Positions 27,230 to 43,646 are shown, numbered from the stretch's first letter. The stretch: 64,000 nucleotides of DNA from an uncultured Variovorax sp. (GCA_966211435.1 CBIHOG010000021.1:6353-70352); one strand, 5' to 3'. Made by a program: numbers and translations. Notes: generated from the sequence alone by a model not told the origin.

Positions 27230-28021
27230 ATGGCTGAGCAGAACAGTGGATCAGGCAAGGAGGAAGTCACGGCGCTCGCCCGGGGTCTGGCGGTGCTGAA
27301 GGCGGTCGGGGAGGCGGCGGGCCCGCTGAGCAACCGCGAGTTGGCGGATGTCACCGGCATCCCGAAGCCGACCGTCTCGCGACTCGCGGCCACGCTGGTG
27401 GGGAGCGGCTACCTGCGCCAGGCGGCCGACACCGAGCGCTTCAGCCTCGGCCCCGCGCTGCTCGACATGAGCAACCGCTACTTGCGCCACTTCGACCTGC
27501 GCGGCGTCGCGCGGCCGCATCTCACGGCATTGGCCGAGTTCGCGGGCGCCAGCGTGCACTTGGGGGTGCGGGATGACCTCGACATGTTGATCATCGATTC
27601 CGTGCGCCCGCGCACGGCGCTCATCAGCTCGCGCATTGACGTGGGCTCGCGCATGACCATCGCGACGTCCGCCGCCGGACGGGCCTATCTCGCCGCGCTG
27701 CCGCACGACGAACAGGCCGAGTTGCTGGAACGGATCAGGCAGGCGAGCGGCGAGAACTGGGCAACCCTGGAGCCGCGGCTCATGGCCGGGCTGGAGGATC
27801 ACGCGAAGTTGGGCTACTGCAGCTCGTTCGGCGAATGGCATCCGCACATCCACGCGCTCGGCTTCTCCTTGCGCGGCCCGCGCGGCGAACGCTATGCGGT
27901 GAGCTGCGGCGGGCCCGCCTACCTGCTTCCCAGGGATAGCATGGTTGCCCGCATCGCGCCGAAGTTGCTCGAGACGGTGCAGCGCATCAACGCGGAAATC
28001 GGTACCGCGCCCACGGACTGA
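27230..28021 (+). CDS. IclR family transcriptional regulator
   Basis: LARGLAVL, TGIPKPTVSRL HTH, TSAAGRAYL, IclR effector domain. Confidence 0.93.
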   Translation: MAEQNSGSGKEEVTALARGLAVLKAVGEAAGPLSNRELADVTGIPKPTVSRLAATLVGSGYLRQAADTERFSLGPALLDMSNRYLRHFDLRGVARPHLTALAEFAGASVHLGVRDDLDMLIIDSVRPRTALISSRIDVGSRMTIATSAAGRAYLAALPHDEQAELLERIRQASGENWATLEPRLMAGLEDHAKLGYCSSFGEWHPHIHALGFSLRGPRGERYAVSCGGPAYLLPRDSMVARIAPKLLETVQRINAEIGTAPTD

Positions 28022-28033
28022 GCGGGCCGTCGC

Positions 28034-28681
28034 TCAGCCAGCCGCTTCCAGTCCGTTGCGGAAGTGCTGCTGCATGCGCGACATCGCGGCGTCCGCGTCG
28101 CGCGCCTGGAGCGCCGCCACGATCGCGCGATGCTCTTTCAGCGACTCGTCGATGCGCCCTGACTTCAACAGCGAGTTGTGCCGGTTGAGCTTCATCACCT
28201 TGCGCAGGTCCGCCACCATCTGGTCGCGCCAGCGGTTGTCGGCGATGGCGAGCAGTCGCATGTGGAAGCGTTCGTTGACCGCGAAGAAGTGCTCGCGGTC
28301 GACATGGCCGGGCTTCGCCGCGTCTTCGAGCTCCGCGTGAAGGGCTTCGAGCTCGGCCAGGTCCTTCTCCGACGCGCGCCTGGCCACCACGCCGGCCGCG
28401 TCGCTTTCCAGCAGGCTCAACAGGTGGTAGACGTCCGCCAAATCCTTTTCTGACACCTCGGTCACGTAGGCGCCGCGCCGCACCTTCATCGTGACCAGCC
28501 CCTCCGCCGCCAGCACCTTCAAGGCCTCGCGCAGCGGCGTCCGGCTGATGCCGTATTCTTCCGCCAGCTTCAGCTCATCGATCCAGCTGCCTGGCTCGAG
28601 TTCGCGGCTGAAGATGCGCTGGCGCAGCAATTCCGCCACCTCTTCGTAGAGGGCGCGGGGCGTGAGGGTGACGGCGGACAT
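28034..28681 (-). CDS. GntR family (FCD) regulator, divergent from the methylmalonyl-CoA operon
   Basis: ELKLAEEYGISRTPLREAL, NERFH, EHRAIV. Confidence 0.93.
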   Translation of the reverse strand: MSAVTLTPRALYEEVAELLRQRIFSRELEPGSWIDELKLAEEYGISRTPLREALKVLAAEGLVTMKVRRGAYVTEVSEKDLADVYHLLSLLESDAAGVVARRASEKDLAELEALHAELEDAAKPGHVDREHFFAVNERFHMRLLAIADNRWRDQMVADLRKVMKLNRHNSLLKSGRIDESLKEHRAIVAALQARDADAAMSRMQQHFRNGLEAAG

Positions 28682-28710
28682 GGCCGCACTTTACCGCAAA
28701 CCGCTCTTTG

Positions 28711-28723
28711 AATTAATAATTAC
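28711..28723. promoter_or_regulatory. AT-rich near-palindrome, possible GntR operator
   Basis: AATTAATAATTAC in an otherwise GC-rich divergent intergenic region. Confidence 0.35.
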
Positions 28724-28803
28724 AGATGGGTTAGACTCGCCTTGAACTGTCACGTCCCAGCGAACACACTCGCGACACCCGACGATCTTGCAAAGCGGCG
28801 CCC

Positions 28804-30963
<2,160 letters not shown>

Positions 30964-30965
30964 GC

Positions 30966-32050
30966 ATGCCGGCGGCCCGAACCCCCGTCACGGCCGAAGC
31001 GCTGGCGACGTCGGATGGTGCGCAGCAGCGCCGCGCGATCGCCAAGGCGATCACGCTGCTGGAGTCGACGCGCGCCGACCATCGGGCGCAGGCCGATGAG
31101 TTGCTTACCGCGCTGCTGTCGCGTACCGGCAAGTCCTTCCGGCTCGGCATCTCGGGCGTTCCCGGCGTCGGCAAGTCGACATTCATCGAGGCGCTGGGCC
31201 TCTTCCTGATCGCGCAAGGTCACCGCGTCGCGGTGCTCACCATCGACCCTTCGTCCACCGTCTCGGGCGGCTCCATCCTCGGCGACAAGACGCGCATGGA
31301 GAAGCTCTCGGTGCACGAGCGCGCCTACATCCGTCCCAGCCCCTCGTCCGGCACGCTCGGCGGTGTCGCCGAGAAGACGCGCGAGGCCATGCTGGTGTGC
31401 GAGTCCGCCGGCTACGACATCGTGATCGTCGAGACCGTCGGCGTCGGCCAGAGCGAGACCGCGGTCGCCGGCATGACCGACATGTTCGTGCTGCTGCAAT
31501 TGCCCAACGCGGGCGACGACCTGCAGGCGATCAAGAAGGGCGTGATGGAACTGGCCGACCTCGTCGTCATCAACAAGGCGGACCTCGATCGCGATGCGGC
31601 GACGCGCGCGCAGGCGCAGATCACCTCCGCGCTGCGCCTGTTCGGCCATCATGGCAACCCGGCGCACGCGCAGGCCATCCAGGCCGCCCATGCCTTGCCT
31701 GGCTCGCCGGAAGCCGAGATCCGATTCTGGCAGCCGAAGGTGATCCAGTTGAGCGCGTTGACCGGCAGCGGCATCGACACCTTCTGGGCTGCCGTGCTTC
31801 AATTCAAGGCGCTGCAGACCGCCAATGGCAAGCTCGAGGCGCGCCGCGAAAAGCAGGCGCTCGCCTGGATGTGGGAGCGCGTCGATGCCGGGCTCAAGCA
31901 GGCATTCCGCCAGCATCCCGATGTGCGCGAGCTGCTGCCTCGAACCATTGCCCAAGTCGCGGCGGGCACGCTGCCCGCATCGACCGCCGCACGCAACCTG
32001 CTCGCAGCCCAGGCGGGCGGGGCGCAGATTCACACTTCCGACAGGACGTC

Positions 32051-32054
<4 letters not shown>
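30966..32054 (+). CDS. meaB: Methylmalonyl-CoA mutase-associated GTPase
   Basis: [33 protein letters not shown]. Confidence 0.95.
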
Positions 32055-33583
<1,529 letters not shown>

Positions 33584-33587
33584 GGCC

Positions 33588-33680
33588 GCCCCCAGTCTTC
33601 GCGCACTTCGTGTCGCTTCGCCTTTTCCCCTGCAGGGGAGAACCCCAACGGACCGGCGGAGCCGGGTCCGCGGTGCTTCT
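33588..33680. repeat. REP/MITE-like palindromic intergenic element
   Basis: Perfect palindrome TCCCCTGCAGGGGA (33626-33639) plus a ggacc...ggtcc hairpin; resembles a Comamonadaceae intergenic repeat recalled from memory; only one copy in this window. Confidence 0.45.
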
Positions 33681-33704
33681 CGAATCGTTATGGATGCACA
33701 CACA

Positions 33705-35761
<2,057 letters not shown>

Positions 35762-35762
<1 letters not shown>

Positions 35763-36805
35763 TGGGAGCCAACGATTTGAGAGTCATGGAAGAAGGCGGC
35801 AAGGCCGTCACATTGCATCGCCCGGCGGCCAAGCCGGCCGCGCCGCGGGGGCCGTGGTCGGTGGAGGCCGTGCAGGCCCTGCTCGACAAGCCGTTCAACG
35901 ACCTGCTCTTCGAGGCCCAGGCAGTGCATCGCGCGAATTTCCCCGAGGGGGACATCGAGCTGGCGACGCTGCTGTCGGTGAAGACCGGCGGCTGTCCCGA
36001 GAACTGCGGCTACTGCCCCCAGGCGGCGGAGTTCGACACTGGCGTGAAGGCGCAGAAGCTGATGGAAGTCGATGAGGTCGTGCGTGCGGCGCAGGCGGCC
36101 AAGGATGCGGGCGCCACGCGCTTTTGCATGGGCGCGGCCTGGCGCGCGCCCAAGGATCGCGACGTCGAGAAGGTCGCGGTGCTGGTCGAAGCCGTGAAGG
36201 GGCTCGGCCTTCAGACCTGCGCCACGCTGGGCATGCTGGAGCCGCGACACGCGCAGACGCTCAAGGCCGCGGGCCTGGATTACTACAACCACAACCTCGA
36301 CACCGCGCCGGAGTACTACGGCGACATCGTCGACACGCGCACCTACCAGGACCGGCTCGACACGCTGGCCCACGTGCGCGCCGCCGGCATCAGCGTGTGC
36401 TGCGGCGGCATTGTCGGCATGGGCGAGGCACCGGTGCACCGCGCAGGGCTGATCGCGCAACTGGCCAATCTGGACCCGTACCCGGAATCGGTGCCGATCA
36501 ACAGCCTGGTGCGCGTACCGGGCACGCCGCTGGCGGATTCGCAGCCGATCGACCCTCTCGACTTCGTCCGCATGATCGCCGTGGCGCGCATCACCATGCC
36601 CAGTGCGCGCGTGCGCCTGTCGGCAGGCCGCCAGCAGCTCGGCGACGCGGTGCAGGCCCTGTGCTTCCTGGCTGGCGCGAATTCGATCTTCTACGGCGAC
36701 AAGCTGTTGGTCACCGGCAACCCGGATGTCGAAGCCGATGTGCAGTTGCTGCGCAAGCTCGGCCTCCGGGCGCGTCGCAGCACCGCGCAGGAGGACTGCG
36801 CATGA
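35762..36805 (+). CDS. bioB: Biotin synthase
   Basis: CPENCGYC radical-SAM motif, YNHNLDT, CCGGIVG, PESVPIN, ANSIFYG; exact start uncertain. Confidence 0.96.
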
Positions 36806-37278
36806 GCCGCCCATTCAAGGTGCTCGGCGTCCAGCAGATCGCCATTGGCGGGCCGGACAAGATGCGGCTGCGCAAGCTATGGGTGGAGATGCTGGGCCTC
36901 GAGGTGACTGGTACGTTCCGCAGCGAGCGCGAGAACGTGGACGAGGATATCTGCGCCATCGGCGGTGGCTCCTTCAAGGTCGAGGTGGACCTGATGCAGC
37001 CGCTGGACCCGGAGAAGAAGCCGGCGGTGCACGCAACGCCGCTCAATCACGTCGGATTGTGGATCGACGATCTGCCGCGCGCGGTCGAGTGGCTGACGGC
37101 GCAGGGCGTGCGCTTCGCGCCGGGCGGCATCCGCAAGGGCGCGGCGGGCTTCGACATCTGTTTCCTGCATCCCAAGGGGAACGACGAATTCCCGATCGCG
37201 GGCGAGGGCGTGCTGATCGAGATGGTTCAGGCGCCGCCCGAGGTCATCAAGGCTTTCTCGGCCCTGGCGGCGTCGTAG
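36802..37278 (+). CDS. VOC-family protein, probable methylmalonyl-CoA epimerase
   Basis: [26 protein letters not shown]; last gene of the scpA-meaB-pcc-bioB operon. Confidence 0.75.
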   Translation: MSRPFKVLGVQQIAIGGPDKMRLRKLWVEMLGLEVTGTFRSERENVDEDICAIGGGSFKVEVDLMQPLDPEKKPAVHATPLNHVGLWIDDLPRAVEWLTAQGVRFAPGGIRKGAAGFDICFLHPKGNDEFPIAGEGVLIEMVQAPPEVIKAFSALAAS

Positions 37279-37284
37279 GGCGGC

Positions 37285-37920
37285 TCAGGCGCCGGGACGG
37301 CGCCAGAAGGCGAGGGTGGCGGCCAGCAGCCACATGCCGGCCGCGCAGCCGCGGTTGACGGCGCGCAGGCTGCGCACCGAAAGCCAGCGCACGGCCTGCG
37401 TGCCGGCCGCGGCGTAGGCGAGCATCACGCAGGTGTCCAGCCCGACGAAGACCGTGCCCAGCAGCGCGTACTGCGGTCCCTGCGGATGAGACACATCGAC
37501 GAACTGGGGCAGGAAGGCCGCGAAGAACAGCAAGGTCTTCGGGTTGGACAATGCCACCGTCAAGCTGCGCGTGAACGCGACGCGCCCGCGCCGCGGTTCG
37601 GCCGGCGACGCGGCGAGCGCGGCCCGAATGTCGAGCGGCTGCGTGCGCCAGAGCTTGAGACCGAGCCAGGCCAGGTAGACGACGCCTGCCACGCGGATGG
37701 CGTTGAAGAGCCATTCCGACGCTGCGAGCAGCGAGCCCAGACCCAGCGCGACGGTGCAGATCAGCACGCCCGCCCCCAGCGACGCGCCGACGATTCCCCA
37801 GATGGCTGCACGCATTCCCCCGGCGATGCCATTCGAGAGGGCGAGCAGCATGGTCGGGCCGGGGGTGATGGCCAGCGCCAGCGAGGCAGCAACATAGAGG
37901 AGGAGCGTGTCGAGGTTCAT
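37285..37920 (-). CDS. LysE/RhtB family translocator
   Basis: TPGPTML, GVVYLAWLG, LSNPKTLLFF. Confidence 0.92.
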   Translation of the reverse strand: MNLDTLLLYVAASLALAITPGPTMLLALSNGIAGGMRAAIWGIVGASLGAGVLICTVALGLGSLLAASEWLFNAIRVAGVVYLAWLGLKLWRTQPLDIRAALAASPAEPRRGRVAFTRSLTVALSNPKTLLFFAAFLPQFVDVSHPQGPQYALLGTVFVGLDTCVMLAYAAAGTQAVRWLSVRSLRAVNRGCAAGMWLLAATLAFWRRPGA

Positions 37921-38552
37921 GGCTTCTTTCCTTCTGCCCGCGACGCGGCGGCGCGCGCGCGCGCAAGGGCGGCCTCGATGATGGCGCGTTTGCGGTCCGG
38001 AGCGGCCGCCGGTGGGTCGGCCCGCACATCTGGCGCCGCGGCCTGGAGATTGCCCTGCTGTTCACGGCGCTTGGCGCGTGCCTCGTACCTGTTGCGCGCG
38101 TGGTCGGCTTGCGCCTGCGACCAGGCATCCCAGCCGCTGAGTCCGGGCGTCACAGTCTCCAGCGAGATGCAATCGACGGGACAGACCGGGATACACAATT
38201 CGCAGCCGGTGCAATGCGCCTCGATCACCGTGTGCATGCGCTTGTGGATGCCGACGATGGCGTCCGTCGGGCAAGCATCGAGGCACAACGTGCAGCCAAT
38301 GCACCAGGCCTCGTCGATCACCGCCAGTGCGCGCGGCCCCTCTGCGCCGAACTGCCGATCGATTGGCTGCACGGGCTTGCCGGTGAGCCGAGCCAAGCGC
38401 GCCACGCCTTCCCTGCCGCCGGGTGGGCACTGATCGATACCGGCCTCGCCGGCTGCGATGGCCTGCGCGTAGCCCGCGCAGTCGGCATAGCTGCAGCGCG
38501 TGCACTGCGTCTGCGGCAGCGCGTCGAGAATGCGTGCGGCCAGGGTGTCCAC
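37917..38552 (-). CDS. rsxB: Stand-alone RnfB/RsxB-like Fe-S protein
   Basis: GTG start VDTLAARILDALPQTQCTRCSYADC, CPPGG, CIGCTLCLDACP, CTGCELCIPVCP. Confidence 0.85.
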   Translation of the reverse strand: MDTLAARILDALPQTQCTRCSYADCAGYAQAIAAGEAGIDQCPPGGREGVARLARLTGKPVQPIDRQFGAEGPRALAVIDEAWCIGCTLCLDACPTDAIVGIHKRMHTVIEAHCTGCELCIPVCPVDCISLETVTPGLSGWDAWSQAQADHARNRYEARAKRREQQGNLQAAAPDVRADPPAAAPDRKRAIIEAALARARAAASRAEGKKP

Positions 38553-38571
38553 GGCCTTCTGCCGCCGAAGA

Positions 38572-39972
38572 TCAGCGCGCGGCCGGGCGCGCGCGGCGCG
38601 CGGGCACCGCCTTGCGCGCGGTCGTGGCGCGCTTGCGGGCCGCCGGGACGGGCACCTTCCGGCTCCGGTCTTCCGCGCCCAGCACGGCAGCTTGCGTCGC
38701 ACGCTTCTGCGGCTTGTCGTGTGCGGTGATGAAGGCCTTGACCTGTGGATAGACCAGGTCGCGCCAGCGGCGGCCGCTGAAGATGCCGTAGTGGCCGGCG
38801 CCCTTGACCTCGTAATGCTGCTGGTCGGCGGACGATACGCCCGTGCACAGTTCGTGTGCTGCACGGGTCTGGCCGGCGCCGGAGATGTCGTCGAGCTCGC
38901 CTTCGATGGTGAGCACGCCGGTTGCGCGGATGTCCTGCGGACGCACGAGTTCGCGCGTGCCTTCGGGGTTCTTCACTTCCCAGGTGCCGTTCACCAGGTC
39001 GAAGTCCTGGAAGACCGTGCGGATGGTGTCGAGGTAGTAGTCCGCGTCCATGTCGAGCACGGCGTTGTATTCGTCGTAGAACTTGCGGTGGGCCTCGGCG
39101 CTCGCGTCGTCGCCCTTGATGAGGTCCTTGAAGTAGTCATAGTGGCTGCTGGCGTGCCGGTCGGGATTCATTGCCACGAAGCCGGTGTGCTGCAGGAAGC
39201 CCGGATACACGCGACGACCGACGCCGGGGAAGTTCTCCGGTACGCGGTAGATCACGTTGTTCTCGAACCACTCGTAGCTCTTGTTCATCGCCAGGTTGTT
39301 GACGGCGGTCGGCGACTTGCGTGCGTCGATGGGGCCGCCCATCATCGTCAGCGACAGCGGAATCTGCTCGCCGCGGCTGGCCATGAGCGAGACGGCGGCC
39401 AGCACCGGCACCGTCGGCTGGCATACGCTGATGACGTGGCAATTGCCGTATTCAGCCTGCAGGTAGCGGATGAACTCCTGCACGTAGTTGATGTAGTCGT
39501 CGAGATGGAACTCGCCCGCCGACAGTGGCACCAGCCGCGCATTGACCCAGTCGGTGATGTAGACCTTGTGATCCTGCAACATGGTGCGTACGGTATCCCG
39601 CAGCAGGGTCGCGTAGTGGCCCGAGAGCGGCGCCACGATGAGCACCACGGGCTGACTCTTCAGCGTCTTGAGGATGTGCGGCTCGTCGGTGAAACGCTTG
39701 AAGCGGCGCAGCTGGCAGAAGGGCTTCTCGATCTCGACGCTCTCCTGGATCACCACGTCGTCGCCTGCGACCTTGACCGTCTTGATGCCGAACTCGGGCT
39801 TCTCGTAGTCCTTGCCGAGGCGGTAGAGCAGGTCGTATCCGGCGGCGAGGCGCTGTGCCATCGGAACCTGTCCGAGGACGGCTCCCTGGCCATAGAGCTT
39901 GGAGGCGGCCTGGGCGAAGTCGGCAAACGGCTCCATCAAGGAACGTTGCGCTTCGTAGAGTTGGTAGAGCAT
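38572..39972 (-). CDS. phaZ: Intracellular polyhydroxyalkanoate depolymerase (PhaZ1 family)
   Basis: MLYQLYE, APLSGHYATLLR, SVCQPTVP, VYPGFLQH, GHYGIFSG. Confidence 0.93.
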   Translation of the reverse strand: MLYQLYEAQRSLMEPFADFAQAASKLYGQGAVLGQVPMAQRLAAGYDLLYRLGKDYEKPEFGIKTVKVAGDDVVIQESVEIEKPFCQLRRFKRFTDEPHILKTLKSQPVVLIVAPLSGHYATLLRDTVRTMLQDHKVYITDWVNARLVPLSAGEFHLDDYINYVQEFIRYLQAEYGNCHVISVCQPTVPVLAAVSLMASRGEQIPLSLTMMGGPIDARKSPTAVNNLAMNKSYEWFENNVIYRVPENFPGVGRRVYPGFLQHTGFVAMNPDRHASSHYDYFKDLIKGDDASAEAHRKFYDEYNAVLDMDADYYLDTIRTVFQDFDLVNGTWEVKNPEGTRELVRPQDIRATGVLTIEGELDDISGAGQTRAAHELCTGVSSADQQHYEVKGAGHYGIFSGRRWRDLVYPQVKAFITAHDKPQKRATQAAVLGAEDRSRKVPVPAARKRATTARKAVPARRARPAAR

Positions 39973-40137
39973 CGAGGGGGCCAGATAGTTGTGCAATGCA
40001 ATATATCAGCAGCTCTTGACGCGAAGTAGAGGCGCGGCACCAGTCCCTGCGGGCGACCGTGACATCCGCACGCAGCCGGCAAAAGGTCACCAAGACGGGC
40101 TAGAAGCGGCGCGGGCCGGCCGCGCCGCTTTCCCGGT

Positions 40138-41334
40138 TCAGATCACCTTGGCGATGCTCTGGCAGACGTAGTCGATGTTCTTGCTGTTGAGCGCGGCGAC
40201 GCACATGCGGCCGGTGTCGGTTCCGTAGACGCCGAACTCGTTGCGCAGGCGCACCATCTGGTCCTTGGTGAGGCCGGAATAGCTGAACATGCCGATCTGC
40301 GTGGTGATGAAGCTCATGTCCTGTTTCACGCCCGCGGCCTTGAGGCCGTCGACCAGTTTCTGGCGCATGGCCTTGATGCGCACGCGCATCTCGCCCAGTT
40401 CCTTCTCCCACAGCGCGCGCAGTTCGGGGTTGCCGAGCACGGCCGCGACCACCGCGCCGCCGTGCGTGGGCGGGTTGCTGTAGTTGGTGCGGATCATGAT
40501 CTTGAGCTGGCTCAGCACGCGGGCGGCTTCGTCCTTGCTCTCGCACAGCACGGACAGGGCGCCGACGCGCTCGCCGTAGAGGCTGAAGCTCTTGGAGAAA
40601 GAGGTGGAGACGAAGAAGGTCAGGCCCGCGTCGACGAACTTGCCGATGGCGGCGCCGTCTTCCTTCAGCCCGTAGCCGAAGCCCTGGTAGGCCATGTCGA
40701 GGAAGGCGACGAGGTTCTTCGCCTTGACGGCGGCGACCACCTGGTCCCACTGCGCGGGAGTGATGTCGTAGCCGGTCGGGTTGTGGCAGCAGGCGTGCAG
40801 CACGAAGATGGTGCCGGCAGGCGCGGCGTTGAGCGCGGCCAGCATGCCTTCGAAGTTGATGCCGCGCCTGGCCGCGTCGTAGTACGGGTAGGTCTCGACC
40901 ACGAAGCCGGCTTCGGTGAAGAGCGCGCGATGGTTTTCCCAGCTCGGGTCGCTGATCATCACCTTGGCCTTGGGACTCAGACGCTTGAGGAAGTCCGCGC
41001 CGACCTTCAGGCCCCCGGTGCCGCCCAGGCCCTGGATGGTGGCGACGCGGCCGGACTTCACAGGCTCGCTTTCGGCGCCGAACACGAGGCTCTTGACCGC
41101 GTTGTCATAGGCCGCGATGCCGTCGATCGGCAGGTAGCCGCGGGCGGCGGGCGTTTTCATCATGTCCTGCTCGGCCTTCTGCACGCACTCCAGCAGCGGC
41201 AGCTTGCCGTTGTCGTCGTAATACACGCCGACGCCGAGGTTGACCTTGTTGGGATTGCTGTCGGCGGCGTACTGCTCGTTGAGACCCAGGATCGGGTCGC
41301 GCGGCGCCATTTCGACGGCGGTGAACATTGACAT
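40138..41334 (-). CDS. tyrB: Aromatic amino acid/aspartate aminotransferase
   Basis: APRDPILGL, NLGVGVY, HACCHNPTG, DMAYQGF, SFSKSFSLYGERVG. Confidence 0.95.
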   Translation of the reverse strand: MSMFTAVEMAPRDPILGLNEQYAADSNPNKVNLGVGVYYDDNGKLPLLECVQKAEQDMMKTPAARGYLPIDGIAAYDNAVKSLVFGAESEPVKSGRVATIQGLGGTGGLKVGADFLKRLSPKAKVMISDPSWENHRALFTEAGFVVETYPYYDAARRGINFEGMLAALNAAPAGTIFVLHACCHNPTGYDITPAQWDQVVAAVKAKNLVAFLDMAYQGFGYGLKEDGAAIGKFVDAGLTFFVSTSFSKSFSLYGERVGALSVLCESKDEAARVLSQLKIMIRTNYSNPPTHGGAVVAAVLGNPELRALWEKELGEMRVRIKAMRQKLVDGLKAAGVKQDMSFITTQIGMFSYSGLTKDQMVRLRNEFGVYGTDTGRMCVAALNSKNIDYVCQSIAKVI

Positions 41335-41441
41335 GGAAAGTCCTTTGGGATGATCGGTTCGCGAGAACGCCGGACCTGCGTTAGGCTGTCCGGTTCCCTT
41401 GAATTTTACCGGCCGCGCCACCAACTCCCCGAGTCCACGCC

Positions 41442-43565
41442 ATGCCAGAAATCACCGAAGCCCTTCCCAAGCCGCAACACGCCGAGCCCGTCGGCCCTGC
41501 CAAGGAGGGCGAATTCATCACCTTCCCGGGCTCGCCCTTCGAGCTTTTTCAGCCCTATCCGCCCGCCGGCGACCAGCCGGCGGCCATCGAGGCGCTGGTG
41601 GAGGGCGTGCGGGATGGCGAGGTTTTCCAGACCCTGCTGGGCGTCACAGGCTCCGGCAAGACTTTCACGATGGCGAACGTGATCGCGCGCATGGGCCGCC
41701 CGGCCATCGTCTTCGCGCCCAACAAGACGCTGGCGGCGCAGCTCTACAGCGAATTCCGCGAATTCTTCCCGAAGAACGCGGTCGAATACTTCGTCAGCTA
41801 CTACGACTACTACCAGCCCGAGGCCTACGTGCCGCAGCGCGACCTGTTCATCGAGAAGGACAGCTCGATCAACGAGCACATCGAGCAGATGCGCCTGTCC
41901 GCCACCAAGAGCGTGCTGGAGCGGCGCGATACGGTGATCGTTGCCACGGTCAGCGCCATCTACGGCATCGGCACGCCAGAGGACTACACGCAGATGCGTT
42001 TCATCATGCGGGTGGGTGACAAGATCGGCCAGCGCGACGTGATCGGCCGGCTGATCCGCATGCAGTACACCCGCAACGAGCAGGACTTCTCACGCGGCAG
42101 CTTTCGCGTGCGGGGCGACACGATCGATGTCTTTCCGGCCGAGCACAGCGAGCTGGCGATCCGCATCGAGCTCTTCGACGACGAGATCGAGACGCTGCAG
42201 CTCTTCGACCCGCTCACGGGGCGCATCCGGCAGAAGATCCCGCGCTTCACGGTGTACCCGTCGAGCCACTACGTCACGCCCCGTGACAAGGTGCTGAGCG
42301 CGGTCGAGACCATCAAGCTGGAACTCGACGAGCGCCTGAAGTTCTTCGTGGCGGAGGGCAAGCTGGTGGAGGCGCAGCGCATCGAGCAGCGCACCCGCTT
42401 CGACCTGGAGATGCTGGCCGAGATCGGCCACTGCAAGGGCATCGAGAACTACACGCGGCACCTCTCGGGCGCCGCGCCCGGCGAGCCACCGGCGACGCTG
42501 ACGGACTACCTGCCGAAGGATGCGCTGATGTTCCTCGACGAGAGCCACCAGATGATCGGGCAGCTCGGCGGCATGTACAACGGTGACCGCGCGCGCAAGA
42601 CCACGTTGGTGGAGTACGGCTTCCGTCTGCCGTCGGCGCTGGACAACCGGCCGCTGAAGTTCGACGAGTTCGAGAAGCGGATGCGGCAGTGCATCTTTGT
42701 CTCGGCCACGCCCGCCCAGTACGAGAAGGACCATGCCGGCAACGTGGTCGAGCAGTTGGTGCGCCCGACCGGGCTGATCGATCCCGAGGTGGAAGTGCGG
42801 CCCGCCACCCACCAGGTGGACGACGTGCTGCAGGAGATCCGCCTGCGCGTCGACAAGAACGAGCGTGTGCTGATCACCACCTTGACCAAGCGAATGGCCG
42901 AGCAACTCACCGACTACCTGGGCGACAACGGCGTGAAGGTGCGCTACCTGCACAGCGACGTCGATACCGTGGAGCGGGTGGAGATCCTGCGCGACCTGCG
43001 CCTCGGGACCTTCGACGTGCTCGTCGGCATCAACCTGCTGCGCGAGGGCCTGGACATCCCGGAGGTCTCGCTGGTGGCGATCCTCGACGCCGACAAGGAA
43101 GGCTTCCTGCGCGCCGAGCGCTCGCTGATCCAGACCATCGGCCGGGCGGCGCGCAACCTGAACGGCAAGGCGATCCTCTACGCCGACCGCATGACCGACT
43201 CGATGAAGAAGGCCATCGACGAGACCGAGCGCCGGCGCGCGCGCCAGGTCGCGCACAACGAGGCCCATGGCATCACGCCTCGCAGCATCGTGAAGCAGGT
43301 GCGGGACCTGATCGACGGCGTCTACAGCGAGAAGAGCGGCAAGGAGGCCGCCAAGCGGGAACTGGAGCGGGCCAAGGTCGAAGACATGTCCGAGAAAGAC
43401 ATCGCCCGCGAGATCAAGCGGCTCGAGAAACTCATGCTCGAACATGCACGGAACCTCGAGTTCGAAAAGGCGGCCCGGGTGCGCGACCAGCTGTCGGAAC
43501 TGCGCGAACAGGCCTTCGGCGCGGCCGGGCGCGACAACATCGCCATCCCGCCGGCTGGTTCCTGA
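41442..43565 (+). CDS. uvrB: Excinuclease ABC subunit B
   Basis: [34 protein letters not shown]-terminal UVR coiled coil. Confidence 0.98.
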   Translation: MPEITEALPKPQHAEPVGPAKEGEFITFPGSPFELFQPYPPAGDQPAAIEALVEGVRDGEVFQTLLGVTGSGKTFTMANVIARMGRPAIVFAPNKTLAAQLYSEFREFFPKNAVEYFVSYYDYYQPEAYVPQRDLFIEKDSSINEHIEQMRLSATKSVLERRDTVIVATVSAIYGIGTPEDYTQMRFIMRVGDKIGQRDVIGRLIRMQYTRNEQDFSRGSFRVRGDTIDVFPAEHSELAIRIELFDDEIETLQLFDPLTGRIRQKIPRFTVYPSSHYVTPRDKVLSAVETIKLELDERLKFFVAEGKLVEAQRIEQRTRFDLEMLAEIGHCKGIENYTRHLSGAAPGEPPATLTDYLPKDALMFLDESHQMIGQLGGMYNGDRARKTTLVEYGFRLPSALDNRPLKFDEFEKRMRQCIFVSATPAQYEKDHAGNVVEQLVRPTGLIDPEVEVRPATHQVDDVLQEIRLRVDKNERVLITTLTKRMAEQLTDYLGDNGVKVRYLHSDVDTVERVEILRDLRLGTFDVLVGINLLREGLDIPEVSLVAILDADKEGFLRAERSLIQTIGRAARNLNGKAILYADRMTDSMKKAIDETERRRARQVAHNEAHGITPRSIVKQVRDLIDGVYSEKSGKEAAKRELERAKVEDMSEKDIAREIKRLEKLMLEHARNLEFEKAARVRDQLSELREQAFGAAGRDNIAIPPAGS

Positions 43566-43591
43566 GCGGCGTCGGCGGCACGCAATCGGGT

Positions 43592-43646
43592 TTACCCGAG
43601 CGAACCTGAGGGCTTTCTGTTAAACTTGAGCGAAATACTCAACAAC
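43592..43646. promoter_or_regulatory. Putative tandem type-1 IscR binding sites
   Basis: aaacTTGAGcgaaataCTCAAcaac (43622-43646) and ttACCCGAgcgaacc upstream; both resemble the E. coli iscR operators as recalled; they share GAGCGAA 30 bp apart. Confidence 0.55.

Noticed and set aside
28682-28803. Cobalamin riboswitch before scpA, or ZTP/THF riboswitch before folD
   Set aside because: The conserved core sequences were not found and the intergenic regions are too short.
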